Assembly: GCA_973895155.1 (NCBI GenBank)
Contig: OZ316895.1
Location: 2,839,659 to 2,903,658, forward strand
Length of the DNA stretch: 64,000 nt
Direction of reading: 5' to 3'
Source of the DNA: Marsupella aquatica
Lineage: Eukaryota; Plantae; Marchantiophyta
Within the stretch, counting starts at the first letter, position 1; every line of letters starts with the position of its first letter. The notes beneath the pieces are model-generated. The model worked only from the letters and a program-made list of their open reading frames with translations. It was not told the DNA's origin and did no database searches. The position numbers and the translations under genes are program-made. Of the stretch, positions 49,899 to 61,390 are shown one piece after another.

Positions 49899-50926
49899 AA
49901 AATGTGGTGCATCCCCTGCCTCCCCAAACCCAAGAAACCCCCTTGCTCAAGCCGATTCCCGCATGTTTCGTCCTTGGCGAGGCCGTTTTCGTGGCTTAAC
50001 GGCATGGAACGCTGCTAACTCTCCTTCAACTACTTCTATTAACATTTTACACACATATACTGGACAGATCTTTCATCGGGTCATGAGATACTTAGCCGGC
50101 CTATTCTAGTCCCTCCCTTGTAGTCCTCTCCTGGTCTTCCATTAGGTATGTTTGGATTCCGCCGCCGGAATGATCCCCAATTGGCTTGGTTAAGCCGCTA
50201 AGACCTCTCTTAGCTCGACACATCCAACTCTCACTCCCCTGCTTATTTCTATTCCTCTATTAGTTGATGTGGGCACTCTTCACACAAGTTAATGCGACAC
50301 ACAAATAGCAAAATGACTCCTTCTGACTGAGTTATACCATGCACTTGCCATACAAACAATACATCTCATACACAAGCTCTGCAAACTAAGCCGTGAGGCC
50401 AACTCTATTCAGTTCTTAAGTATGAGGAAACATGAATATACACAAGGGTACGTCACTGTATAACTAACCAAGAGCTTCTCTTACTACTTGATCCCAGCCA
50501 TGCTGGTGCAACTAGAAACTTGCTAAAGAAGAGGCCCTGAACTCCCTGCAGCCCAGGTACTTATCTTGGTTGTGGATCCGCCTGATTCCTTGCAGCATAA
50601 GCCTAATCTACCTACTGTAATCTACCTAACTGTAATCTACCTATGTACAGCGAGGCAGGAGCACAAGTGTCGTCCACACCCGTGGATCCAAAATCCCACT
50701 AATCTAAGTGTCAGGGCCGTCTCCTGATCCTGATCCTAAGTCTAAACTTGGAGATCAGCGCCTGCCCTGCCCACTCACGCCTCCTACCTCCATGTCCACC
50801 CTCCCTAAAAGGGACGACGCCCTTACACCGTCACGACACCGGTGGCTGGTCCTCAATGGACGCCCCCAACGCTTCCTCCGCAGCCACTGCCATTGGTCCA
50901 TCCTCTGACAGATTACCTGCCCCTGA

Positions 50927-53900
50927 TCAAGTCAACTCTTCATTGGCCTGACTGGGTCCATCATCGGCTTCGGCCTCAGCATCGGTCACGGCCTCTGCTA
51001 CGGCTACGGCCTCCCCGGTATGTTCTAGTGGAGGATCCGGTACCTCAGCAGCATTACTGGTTCTCCCGGCCTCGGCCTTGCCATCTCCACTTCCTAGGAC
51101 TGGTGGATCCACCGCCATGCCAATGCCGGAGGTTGGTGCCGGATTTATCTTCTCGGTCACAACGGCTTGAGAAGCCGTATAACTCCCAGACCTAGAAGGT
51201 TTCCGCTTCTTCTTCTTCCCTATTTCGACAGCCGGTTCCTTCCCCTTGCCACTTACCTCCGGCACCGAGGTGAGTGTTACGGCTTGTCCTTTGGCCAATA
51301 CCACCCCCGGTAACTGGGTTCCCCCAATTGGAGTTGGACCTGATGAAGCCAAGCATTTAAATACTGCGGCTTGTGTCTTCAGCCGCTCCGTTTGGTTGTC
51401 GGCCCGCCGCTGTAGGTTCTCCATCTTCCTCGTGATTTCCTCCAACTCCTCCTGGGTCTCGTCCAGGTCCTTGCGTGCCTCCTCCAACTCCTTATTGGCT
51501 TCCTCCAATTCTTTTTTCAAGATAGCCCTCTCCTCCTGGGTTGCTCTTAGCTCCTTGTCGAGCTCTGCTACGACCACAGACTCCATCTTATTCATCTTGG
51601 TATAAGTCTGGTCGAGCTGGTCGTCCTTTTCACGCAGGTCGGCCTTGAAGCTGGCCGTCAGGGACGCAAGCTCCTGCTGCAGTGCAATAATCCCTTGATA
51701 GGATTTCCCTAACTCTGCTTCCTTCTGCTCAAGGGCTCCGCGGATATCTTCGAGCTCTCCTTTCAATGCCCTCTCCCTTCTTTGGTTCTCCGCCATGGCC
51801 CGATTGTTGGTTGCTAAGTGGGCTTCCTTTGCATCCCTTAGCTCCCGCTTCCATTTCTCTCTTTCCTTGACTGCGCCGGCCAACTCTCCTTGGGTCCGAG
51901 TCAGTTTATCTTTGATAATTTGATTGTCAGACTTAGCGGTATCCAACTGCCCCTACATGATGTTTAGCTCATGCCGCTTAATCCGCAACTCATCTTGGGC
52001 TTTCTTGGCCACCTGCAGGTCTTCCACCTCGGCTTCCTTCTCCCTAAGCCGTCGGATGACCTCGTCCTTCTTGCTTCTCTCCAAAGCCACCGCTTCTTCT
52101 AATCGGTGCTTTTCCAACATTTTCCTCTGGAAAAAGGGTCCCTGCTCCAACTCCTCCCCAAAGATGCTGAGCGCCAGGTCCCCACACATCTCCCTGTACT
52201 CCATGGCTCTATCCTTAGCATAGGTGGAGTTACTAGAAGTCATCGGTATCAACCACCGCGGCCTCTGCTCCCAAGCCGTCTTGCGGATTTCTTCTATGGT
52301 GGCAAGAGCTCGGGGGTTTCACTTCCACAAAAATGGCATATCACGTGCGATGAAGGATAGGGTCATTTTATTGGTTCTAAGGGAAGACTTTAGAATTTTT
52401 GTAGAAGAACAATAGGGTCTTTTAAATTCAATTTTGAGACTTATAAGAACATTAGGGTCTTTTTAATCCAATTTTTAGAATATTCCAAGAATATTCCAAC
52501 TTTATAGGGGTTAAAAAATAAAAAAAATTCTTACATTTTAGGGGGTCCGAGGCCTAAAAACGTCGCAATCGATGGGGAGGTCCCCATAAGTGAGACCCCT
52601 GAGGGCAAGAGGGTTGCTTCTTTTTTCAGCAAGCCGCCTGATGTCCTCCGGCCAATCTCCTCCTGGTAAATCCTTCTCCCTAGCCAGGGCTGCTCTCTCT
52701 TCCTCCCTAAGTCGCTCCTGAAATTCTTGTGCCGTCTGCTTTATGCCGTCAAAGCTCGGGGGAGCAACCTCTGGTGGGGGAGACTCGGGTTACTCTGCTG
52801 GGTGGGGTCCCCTCGAACTACTCTTGGAAGCGTGGGGATAAATCGGCCACAGGTCCTTACTCCTAGAACATGATGATCCGACCCATAGCCGGAGTTATCA
52901 TTGTTGTAGTCCTCCATCGCCTCCTCCACTACTTCGACTCCCGGCTCCTCTACCTCTGATTCGGGGCTTGAGGCTCCCATGTACATTCGCACTCCCGGCT
53001 TGTGTTCCGGCCTCAATCTCTCCTTGGTTCCGGTAAAGGGGTCTTCCCTTCTGAGTCGGCTTAGGTCGACTTCTGGGGCAGCGTCCTGTATCGGTGCCGT
53101 TGCCGTTGCCGGAACTGTTCTCTTTTCCTTCTCCAGCAATTTCAGCAGATTTTGCATGCCTGGTTGCTGCATCGGCAAGTCTTCTTTCCTTGGCCTAAAC
53201 ACCTGCTCGATCATCGGACTGTCGGGCTGGTTGGGCTTCTCTGGTGCCGGCCTCTACTTCGGGACCTCCTCCGGTGCCCTTGCCGATAGGGGAAGTACTG
53301 GGGCAAAGATTTGACTTCTGGCATACCGGCACAACAGCGGCATGTGATAGCCAAGCCGGGACACGCTTCCCACGCCGATCACCTGCTGTTCCTCCTTCAA
53401 GATCTTCTTCAGTTGGCTGAGGAGGTACCCGTTGTAATCCCGGCTTGGGTCTGGCCTTTCTGCCAGATAGACTTAAGCCTTGCCGATCTCTACCCTCGAC
53501 AAGTTACTGTGCATGGTCACCCGCAAGAAATCGATCATCTCTCCGATGTGCGGGTTGGTGCAGGTGTTCCAGAAGAAGCCATTCTTCGTTGATGGTCCTG
53601 GGAACGACCGGAACTCCTTGTCAGGTAAGGTCTTCCTAGTATCAACCTTGGTCTTATTACCCATCGGCAAGCCAAACACCTCAACAATCACCCGGGGAGT
53701 GAGATAGAAATCCTTCCCATACACCCTCGTGGAATTGGTCTCAGGTTCCCATGATCCCACAAATTCTAATAAGTTTGAGTCCGGCACCTCCGGCTTCAGC
53801 CATGGTAATCTTACGAAGGCTTCCAAGCCGGATCTGGCCATGAAGCCTTGGTACTTCTTGGTCTGCATGGTCGTAAAGCATGCATCCTCCTCCCGTGCAA

Positions 53901-54736
53901 AGTATAATTGCACTTCCTCCGGTAGGGTCGCCGCCCAGCCTTTCCAGGTGTCATCGTTTGTTGGAATGGCATTGATGGGATCGACCTCTTCCTCATCGGC
54001 TTCTCCCCTTGTCCTGCTCTTCTGCTCTGCTGCTCTGCTGCTCTGCTGGCTTCCTAGGTGCCGCCAACCTCGTTCTTTTTGTCGGGGTGGCCTCTTCGTT
54101 GTTGTTTCCTTTCCTCTTCATCTCGGCTGCCGTGGATGTTTCTCCTAGCAAGGTTGCCTTCGTCCACCCCTCCGTGTTACCCTTCAACTCCCAGTGTAGG
54201 TCGTTGCAGCGATTGATGGCTTCCCGGATGCCGACCATTCTGTTTTCGCAAAACAGAAGGTCGTCGAGCTGATTGGCAGTAGGAGTCCACAAGAACTCGG
54301 CCTTGATAAGTTCTCCTCCTAAGAAAGCCGTCTTCTGTAGTTCCCAGAGCCGAGCGAGCTCCTACCATTCTCGAGCTGCTCTCTCCGATTCTTCGTCCTC
54401 GTAAGTCCTGACGTACTCACCTGCCCGTTCAAACAGGCATCCCCAAAAATGTGCCGCTTGATTGACGTTGCTCATACCCTCCTTGAGTCGATCGTTGGTA
54501 TCTGTTCCCACCCCGAGTGCTTGCCTAAGCAACTGACAGCATTTGGCCTCCCGTAGTCGTCTGCCCAGTTCGTTCTTGCAAATGAGCCACTATTCGTCGC
54601 AAGCGGTCCTTACCCCTCTCCTCTTCTGGTCTTCCCTCCCGTTGGTCACCCCTAGCCGCCGACGCTTAGCGTGTCCTAACCCTAATCGTGTTCTCTCCCC
54701 CGACATCCTTACTTCTGGCCTCGGCCCGAGTTCCAT
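50927..54736 (-). pseudogene. LTR-embedded accessory ORF of element C (Athila/Tat extra-ORF-like domain plus long coiled coil), broken by stops, frameshifts and a MITE
   Basis: Collinear minus ORF pieces 53993-54292, 53473-53913, 52741-53214, 51953-52252 and 50927-51946 (last two in frame across one TAG). GLEAFV...LLEFV..W......RVYGK..YLTP..I..VFGLP motif. MITE removal restores RRLAEKRSNPLATIEEIRK. Confidence 0.65.
52309..52603. mobile_element. MITE subfamily 2, copy a (295 bp, perfect 8-bp TSD)
   Basis: TIRs CTCGGGGGTTTCACTT / AAGTGAGACCCCTGAG; TSD GGCAAGAG on both sides; inverted homolog at 63622-63908. Confidence 0.9.
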
Positions 54737-54851
54737 AGTCACCCTTAATTGTTTATATTTTCCTTGTTTTTGTTCCTATACTAAGGCGTTTCCAGGGTAC
54801 ACTCGTGCTTTACCATGTAAACCGGCCTAGTGATTCCTGGCTAGGCATCAC

Positions 54852-57038
54852 AGGGCCGAACCGTGTAAAACTTTGCTCATACAAAAATCGTGCTGAGGTG
54901 TTGGCATCATCGTTGGCAGTAGCCCTAGCCTCAACCCACTTGGTGGCATAGTCCGTAGCTAGGATGATATACCGCTTCCTTCCCCTCCGTGTGATGGGAG
55001 TGAAGGGACCAATGAAGTCCACTCCCCACTTCTCAAATGGGGCAAGAGGGAGGATTGGCACCAATGGATGTCGTGAAGAGGGGCCAGGTTTTCCTTGGCG
55101 TTGGCAGGGGTCACATGTCTGGATGTACCGGTGCACATCCCGGAAAAGAGTTGGCCACCAATATCCCGCATCTAGTATCTTTCTGGCAGTTGTCTCCCAA
55201 GCAAAGTGACCACCAGCTTCCTCCTCATGAAGTGTCGTCATGACTGTATGTATCTCAGCCTCCTCCAAACAACGGCGAAGGCGTCCATCCATGCCGTATT
55301 TGTGAAGTACTCCCTTCATAAGCAAGTAGGGCCCCGTCTTACGTAAGAACACTGCTGCACGTTCCGGACCCAACCGTTATGGAACCCTGGCCATACGGAG
55401 AAATTCAAGAATTTCTCCATACCAAGTAGTGGCCTCCGTAGTCACCCTGAAGACTTCTTCATTGGGAAAACAATCATCAATCTCTTGAGAGTCAGAGGGT
55501 CCCTCAATACGGGAGAAGAAGTCAGCATTGTTATGACTCTTCCCGGATCTCACCCTCACCTCACAGTTGAATTCTTGCAGCAACAGAACCCAGCGTGCAA
55601 TTCTGCCGGACAGATCTGGCTTGTTGACCATGTATTTCAAGCTGTTGTGATCCGTGTGGAACACAACCTTGTAACCCAACAAATAATGACGATACTTCTT
55701 ACAAGCGTAAATGATACCAAGAGCCTCCCTATCGGTGGGTGAGTAGTTCTTCTCTGCCGGGGCCAACTGCCTACTGGCAAAGTAGATGGGATGGTCCCTT
55801 CCATCATCATCCAACTGACTCAACACGGCACCAATGCAAAATCCTGATACGTCTACATAAACATGGAACTCCTTATTCCAATTAGGCGTAATGAGCACGG
55901 GAGCCTCTAGCAAACGTTTCTTCAATTCATCAAAAGCAGCTTGTCGGGAAGGAGTAGGTTCAAATTCACTTCCTTTCTTCAACATGGATGTGAGTGGCAT
56001 GGCTACCTTGGCAAAGTCCTTGATGAAGCGTCGATAGTAGCCAACACACCCCAAAAAGCCCCGCACCTCCTTCACATTTCTTGGAAAGGAGACCGCCACC
56101 CACACAGCCACCTTCTCATGATCCACCTCAATCCCACAAGCAGACACCTTGTGGCCCAATAGGGTCCCCTCCTCAATTCCAAAAAAACATTTTTCAGGAT
56201 ATAGCTTCAAGCAAGTCTCCCAGCACCTCTGAAAAGTCAACCGTAAGTGTTCAGGGTGCTTGATTGGTTTGCCGTAGATAGCAAAGTCGTCAATAAAGAT
56301 TTCCAAGAACCTCCGCAAAAAGTCATGAAATATATTCATCATGAGTCGCTGAAACATGCTAGGGGCATTGCACAACCCAAAAGGCATTCTACGGAATGCA
56401 AAAATCCCCCACTCCGTGGTGAAAGCCGTCTTGAGTTGATCCTCCTCCCGTATCCAGATTTGATTGTATCCAGAGTACCCATCTAGGAAGCTGTAAATCT
56501 CCCAACCGGCCACCATAACCAACACGATATCAGTAAACGGCAGCGGGTAGTGATCCTTCTTGGTGGCGTCATTCAACTTCCGGAAATCTTGGCACACCCG
56601 TATCTTCACCTTACCGTCTGGCCCCTTCTTCTTGGGCACAATCACGATGGGTGATACCCACTCACTATGCATGACCGGATAAATGAAGCCTGCATCCAAC
56701 AGACGGTCAATCTCTTCCTTCACCATGAGCGAGCACTTGGGATTGAGACGGTATTGGCGCTGCCTCACAGGCCGTGCTCCGGATATCAAGTCAATGTTGT
56801 GCTCACCAAAATCAGGTGGCACTCCCCTCAGATCTTGGTGACTCCATGCAAACCGGGATGCAAACACGTCTTGATACTCCTTTAACAGCTCCTGAATGGT
56901 GTGTTGCTCCGCAGCGTCAAGCTTACTACCGATGTTGAGGGCCTTGCCTTCACCCACCTCCACCTTTGTGTACTGCTCAGGCCTGATCACGTCCAGCTTG
57001 TTACGTGTCTCCTCATCAAAGGTCTCCTCCAACCGTGT
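54852..57038 (-). pseudogene. Gypsy pol fragment: reverse transcriptase, RNase H and N-terminal integrase (frameshift near 55375)
   Basis: RT: WVSPIVIVPKK, RVCQDFRKLN, FLDGYSGYNQI, MPFGLCNAP, FIDD. RNase H: VYVDVSG, AEKNYSPTDREAL, HTDHNSL. INT: H...GGHF...CDPCQ, WGVDF, DYATKW. Order RT-RH-INT indicates Ty3/Gypsy. Truncated at both ends by LTR insertions. Confidence 0.95.
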
Positions 57039-60000
57039 TGTGACGGGGTCTTTGTCACATAAAGTCACCGTTAGGTGTTATTGGCATGATGCATGTAAAT
57101 AAATAAGCCAAGATATACAAGGTTTTTTAAATTTTTTTTAATTTCTTAAAAGTTACTCATCCCGGTGGGTGTTCATGTTGCTTTGGAGGGCCGGAGCTAT
57201 TTGAACCCGGGAGAAACTAATTTTTTAATTGACCCTTTGCTCTCTTGGGTCTTGTCGTTGTGGAAGAATAAAATAGGGATTCTTATGGGGGTACCACCAA
57301 GTAATATTTTGGAGACCCCGACTGATCTTTTTCCCAATCCTTGGGTAATATTGGAGAGGGCCTAGGTGTCGGGCGTACCGTGGCCAGGGGGTGCCGGGGG
57401 TACCGTGGCCAAGAGGTACCGTGGGGGTACCGCGGGGTACCAGGTACCGTGAGCCAGGGGGTACCGCGAGCCAGGGGATACCGCGGGGTACCGTGAGGGT
57501 ACCGCGAGGTAGGAGGGTACCGCGAGCCAGGGGGTACCATGGGGGTACCACGGGGTACCAGGTACCGCGAGCCAGGGGGTACCTTGGGGTACCTCGGGGT
57601 ACCAGGTACCGCGAGCCAGGGGGTACCGCGGGGGTACCGCCAGGCAGGAGGGTACCACGAGCCAGGGGTACCATGAGGGTATCGCGAGGCAGGAGGGTAC
57701 CGCAAGCCAGGGGGTACCAAGGGGTACCGAGAGTGAGGATGGGCGAACCTCCATATGGAGGTGAGCCCTCCATTGAGTGGCCAGGGCAAAAAGGGAGGCC
57801 AAGCCGGGCGCTGAGGGGAAGCCGGGAGGTGTGACCACAAGCAGGAGGGTACCGCGAGTGGGCAATGCAGGTAGGACCACGTGCAGTGGCGAGCCCCCTT
57901 GCGAAGTGGAGGCGACGAGCCGGGCATGGGGCGCCTTGGTAGGAAGGAGAGAGAGAGTAAGGGAGGTGTGTGGCGCTCCCGCGAGTAGGGGGGTTAAATC
58001 CCCCAATTAAGTGAGCTGGTGAGCCCGCAAGTGGGCGCTGCCGGGGCAGGCATGGGCGCAAGACGGGAGGCGCACGGCAGCAAAAAGGAGTAAGGGAGGG
58101 GTTAAACCCCCCCAACAGGAGTGAATGGCAGCGGGGCGCGAGTGGACGCAATTAAGTATGGGCAAGCCTCCATAAGGAGGCGAGCCAGGAATAGGGAGGT
58201 GAGCTGGGGTGCAACGCTGCCTGGACCAAACAGAGGAAAAAAGTGGGGGAGAGCCGGGAGTATAAGGAGGAGGCTCGGGGGGTTTCTATGTTGTTTTTTT
58301 CCCTCTCCTCTCTCTCCCACTTTGCCCATTGCCAAAAGCACTTTGCCTTGAGCAATTTCTCCCATTTGTTTTCTGAGCTCCCTCTTTCTCTCTTGCAACT
58401 CTTTTTCTTTCCCAAGCTCTCTCTTGGGTGATGGTTAGAGCTCGGTGGTTATTGTTATATATTCGGGCATCCGGGATGGGCATGATGAGTGAAGCCAAGG
58501 GGAGTTAGAGTGGACTTGAGATCGTGGTACGGGGGCTATACGGGCCAGGAATTGTACGGTGTAACGGGAATTGTTGTGATAGTAGAATTTTAGTATGGAT
58601 GTTTGATCCACTTGAGTTCAGTACAACCCGTGTTTGTCGATACAAGGCTGCTTACCGGGATTACATTGCCACACGAATTAGGGAGGAGGGAGAGAAACGA
58701 CGGTCAGCCGCCATGAGTGCTGGATCTGGAACGCCTAGCACTACGGTTGTACGGAAGGTTTTCCGTAGGGTGTACCCCCGCACTTCTGCCAAGGTGATGG
58801 AAGAGGGCAAGGAGATTTTTCAGGCTATAGGGCTCACCAACTTCATGGGTGTAGAGATTATGATTCCTCCCAACAGGACTTGGGACATTGCGGCTGGATT
58901 GGAGTGTCGTACGGAGGGGATTTATTTTCATTGTAACAGACAGTTGATCCCTCACGTGGAGTTGGCCAAACTCTTATTTCTTGATGACCAGGACTTCACG
59001 TTTCAGCCAGTAGAGCCACCTGGTGTTTTTATGTTGGAAGAACTAGCTGAGGTGGTGAGGGACCCCATTTCCGTAACTACCATTCCCCTCTCAACGTTCA
59101 AGGATCCAGCATACAAGGTGTTTGTGGCCAAGGTACACCAGCGGGTACTTGGTCGGGGGCAATCAGGGACGGTGAGAGGAGATCAGTTGGCTATTGCCAA
59201 CGACATCAAGACTCACCCACGTCACACGTACGGATGGTGGTATTTCAGGATGGGGAAGTCATCGGCCATGGATCCTAAGAGTGTGAAAACGGGAGGAGGC
59301 ATGCACTTGATGGGGTCTTTCCTATTGGCCAGGCGGGAAGGGCTTCTTCCCTCACCAGGCACAGAAGGGGAAACGGTGCCACCCTTCACCACGGAAATAC
59401 GGAGGATAGCCACCGCCGTATTAGGAAGCTTGGTGAAAGGGCCACCGTCTGAGCCAATAGCCCAACCTACTATGAAAGATGACCCAGATGAGGATAGCGT
59501 TATGGAGTGGTTGGAGTCACTTATGGGGAACCCGGAGGAGTCTCTTGATTACGATGTGCCTGAGGTGTACTTGGCCGAATTACGTGATTTTTGTGATGGA
59601 GTGCATGAGGGGCTTAAGTTGTGCCGAACATTGAAGGAGGCCATCAACCAAGGCCAGGCCAAGGTGGAAATGTTACAAGTAAGTAATGAGGCCTTGAAAG
59701 AGGTGGTCAAGGCAAAGGAGGTGGTGATTCAAGAGCAAGGGAGGTCGCTCAAGGAGTCACATATTCAGGTTTTAGAGCTGGAAGGAGCCTTATCCACTAA
59801 GGCTAAGGAGGCGCTGGAGGTGGGAGTATTGAGAGATGAGGTGGCCAAGCTCAAGCGGGGCACTGGTGAGGTAGAGAGGCTCAAGAAGAAAGTGGTGGAG
59901 TTACAAGGTCAAGTTGGACTCCTTGAGACCAGGGCCAAGAGGAATGATACGTTGAGGCTGGGGAAGAGGAAGAGCCCATCTCCCTCTAGTCCTACCCTCT

Positions 60001-61390
60001 CCCCAGATTTGATCTCAAAAGCCATTGAGATGGTGGTAAGAGAAGTAACTCAACAGTATGGACCAATGTTGGAAGCAGCCAAGAAGGAGAAGGAGAAGAG
60101 TAAGATGTTGGAGAAATAGTTGCAGGAGACCTGTAAGTCATCACGGGAAACCCAAGCCGGTCACGGTGCCACCGTATCTGCTGGCCACGGTGCCAATATT
60201 TCATCACCCTCATCATTACCAGTGGAGGCTCCACCAAGTCACGGAATCACGGTGCTAGGGATGCCACCCCGATCCGTAAACCCAGGGACTCCTCTGGCTA
60301 CCGGCCAGGTCTTACCTTTGCAGTTGCAGGGAGGTGAAGAGGCTGCCTTATGGAAGGACACTATTAGCTAGGGTTATGTGAAGGCTTGGCAAGCCTTGGG
60401 TGCATTGAGGAGGCGGAGCACTTCCGGTCGGACTCCCGCCCGGACTCCCCCGGTACGGAGTGAGGCCTCCCCTTTTGGGGAAAGCGGTGGAGGTGAGGAT
60501 TCCAGGGGGTGGAGCCCTGGTTCAGTAAGTGAGTCCGGTGAAGACTAGTGTAGGACCTTGCTTTTTATGCACTATGGGTTGGATGTTAGTACCGGCGAAG
60601 GCACCACTGGTACCGTAGTGGGCTAGGGTTTTTCACAGCGTGTGACTATGTGCCGCACGCTTTAGGTTAGTTTATCTCTTGGATATTTTTGGCGGCGCCG
60701 CTAGGGTGGCCGCCGTTGTTGCCACTCCGTGAGGAGTGCTTTAGTGTTTTCTCAGTATTTAGGGGAAGAGCCCCGGAGTAGTGGGGGGGAACTCAGCGTA
60801 GTGCTTTGATGCTTTTGAGGAGCTTTTGTGAGTAGCGCACCGATTAGGAGAAGTTCAAGCCAGAGTTGTGAGGTGGAGAACGTAGCACTTGTCCCCGGGA
60901 GGCAGGAGTTGGGCAGACGGTAGGAGGCCGGGTTGTCCTTGCATGTGTTACGGGAAACACCAAGAGATATGGATTTGGCTTGAGGTTCCAATATTTTGTG
61001 TGTCACTTGGTGTTGCTTGTGTTGTTTGTTTTCCTCCCCTAGTGCATGCGGTCGGTTTTGTTGTGGAAACATTTGCCCTTGTCACTAGTGTTCAAATCTT
61101 ATTGTAAACATTTTTATGCTTGCCCATGAGAGGGGGGTGGTGACAGCACTCACCCGGTGGGCATGAGTTGTAGATGGTAGGGCCAGTCCCTTGGACTTGA
61201 TCAAAAACGGAGAGACCAGTCGGTAGACTTGATCAAAAAGTACACTTCCGGGAGCGGAATCAAACATACTCATCCTTAGGTGTGAAAATCCTTCAATAGC
61301 GTCCCTCCATGACCCCGTAATACAATACCAACGGTTTAAGCGAAGAAAAGTACGGTTTGCACATATTAATTGTTGGATAGGCAAGAGACC
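57039..61390 (+). mobile_element. Inverted ~4.35-kb LTR (LTR B) related to LTR A, carrying a 531-aa ORF
   Basis: Starts TGTGACGGGGTCTTTGTCACA. The first ~260 bp and last ~800 bp are reverse-complement homologs of 49293-49050 and 47820-47025. Has its own GGTACC array (57375-57860). Right end is degenerate (GCAAGAGACC vs GCAAGTGACA) and fused to LTR D. Confidence 0.75.
58524..60119 (+). CDS. Uninterrupted LTR-embedded ORF (up to 531 aa; first ATG ~58599), N-terminal globular region plus C-terminal coiled coil
   Basis: Open 1.6-kb frame. EIFQAIGLTNFMG...GIYFHCNRQLIPHVELAKLLFL loosely parallels the motif in the element C ORF; heptad-rich C-terminus. Function unknown. Confidence 0.6.
   Translation: MVRGLYGPGIVRCNGNCCDSRILVWMFDPLEFSTTRVCRYKAAYRDYIATRIREEGEKRRSAAMSAGSGTPSTTVVRKVFRRVYPRTSAKVMEEGKEIFQAIGLTNFMGVEIMIPPNRTWDIAAGLECRTEGIYFHCNRQLIPHVELAKLLFLDDQDFTFQPVEPPGVFMLEELAEVVRDPISVTTIPLSTFKDPAYKVFVAKVHQRVLGRGQSGTVRGDQLAIANDIKTHPRHTYGWWYFRMGKSSAMDPKSVKTGGGMHLMGSFLLARREGLLPSPGTEGETVPPFTTEIRRIATAVLGSLVKGPPSEPIAQPTMKDDPDEDSVMEWLESLMGNPEESLDYDVPEVYLAELRDFCDGVHEGLKLCRTLKEAINQGQAKVEMLQVSNEALKEVVKAKEVVIQEQGRSLKESHIQVLELEGALSTKAKEALEVGVLRDEVAKLKRGTGEVERLKKKVVELQGQVGLLETRAKRNDTLRLGKRKSPSPSSPTLSPDLISKAIEMVVREVTQQYGPMLEAAKKEKEKSKMLEK

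Larger units (their letters stand above)
49903..54851 (-). mobile_element. 5' LTR of nested Gypsy element C (~4.95 kb including a 0.3-kb MITE), containing a long ORF
   Basis: Starts TGTGATGC exactly where the integrase of E is cut (RFGP|), ends GCACCACA (7/8 terminal inverted repeat) and is followed by PBS and gag. Confidence 0.7.
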
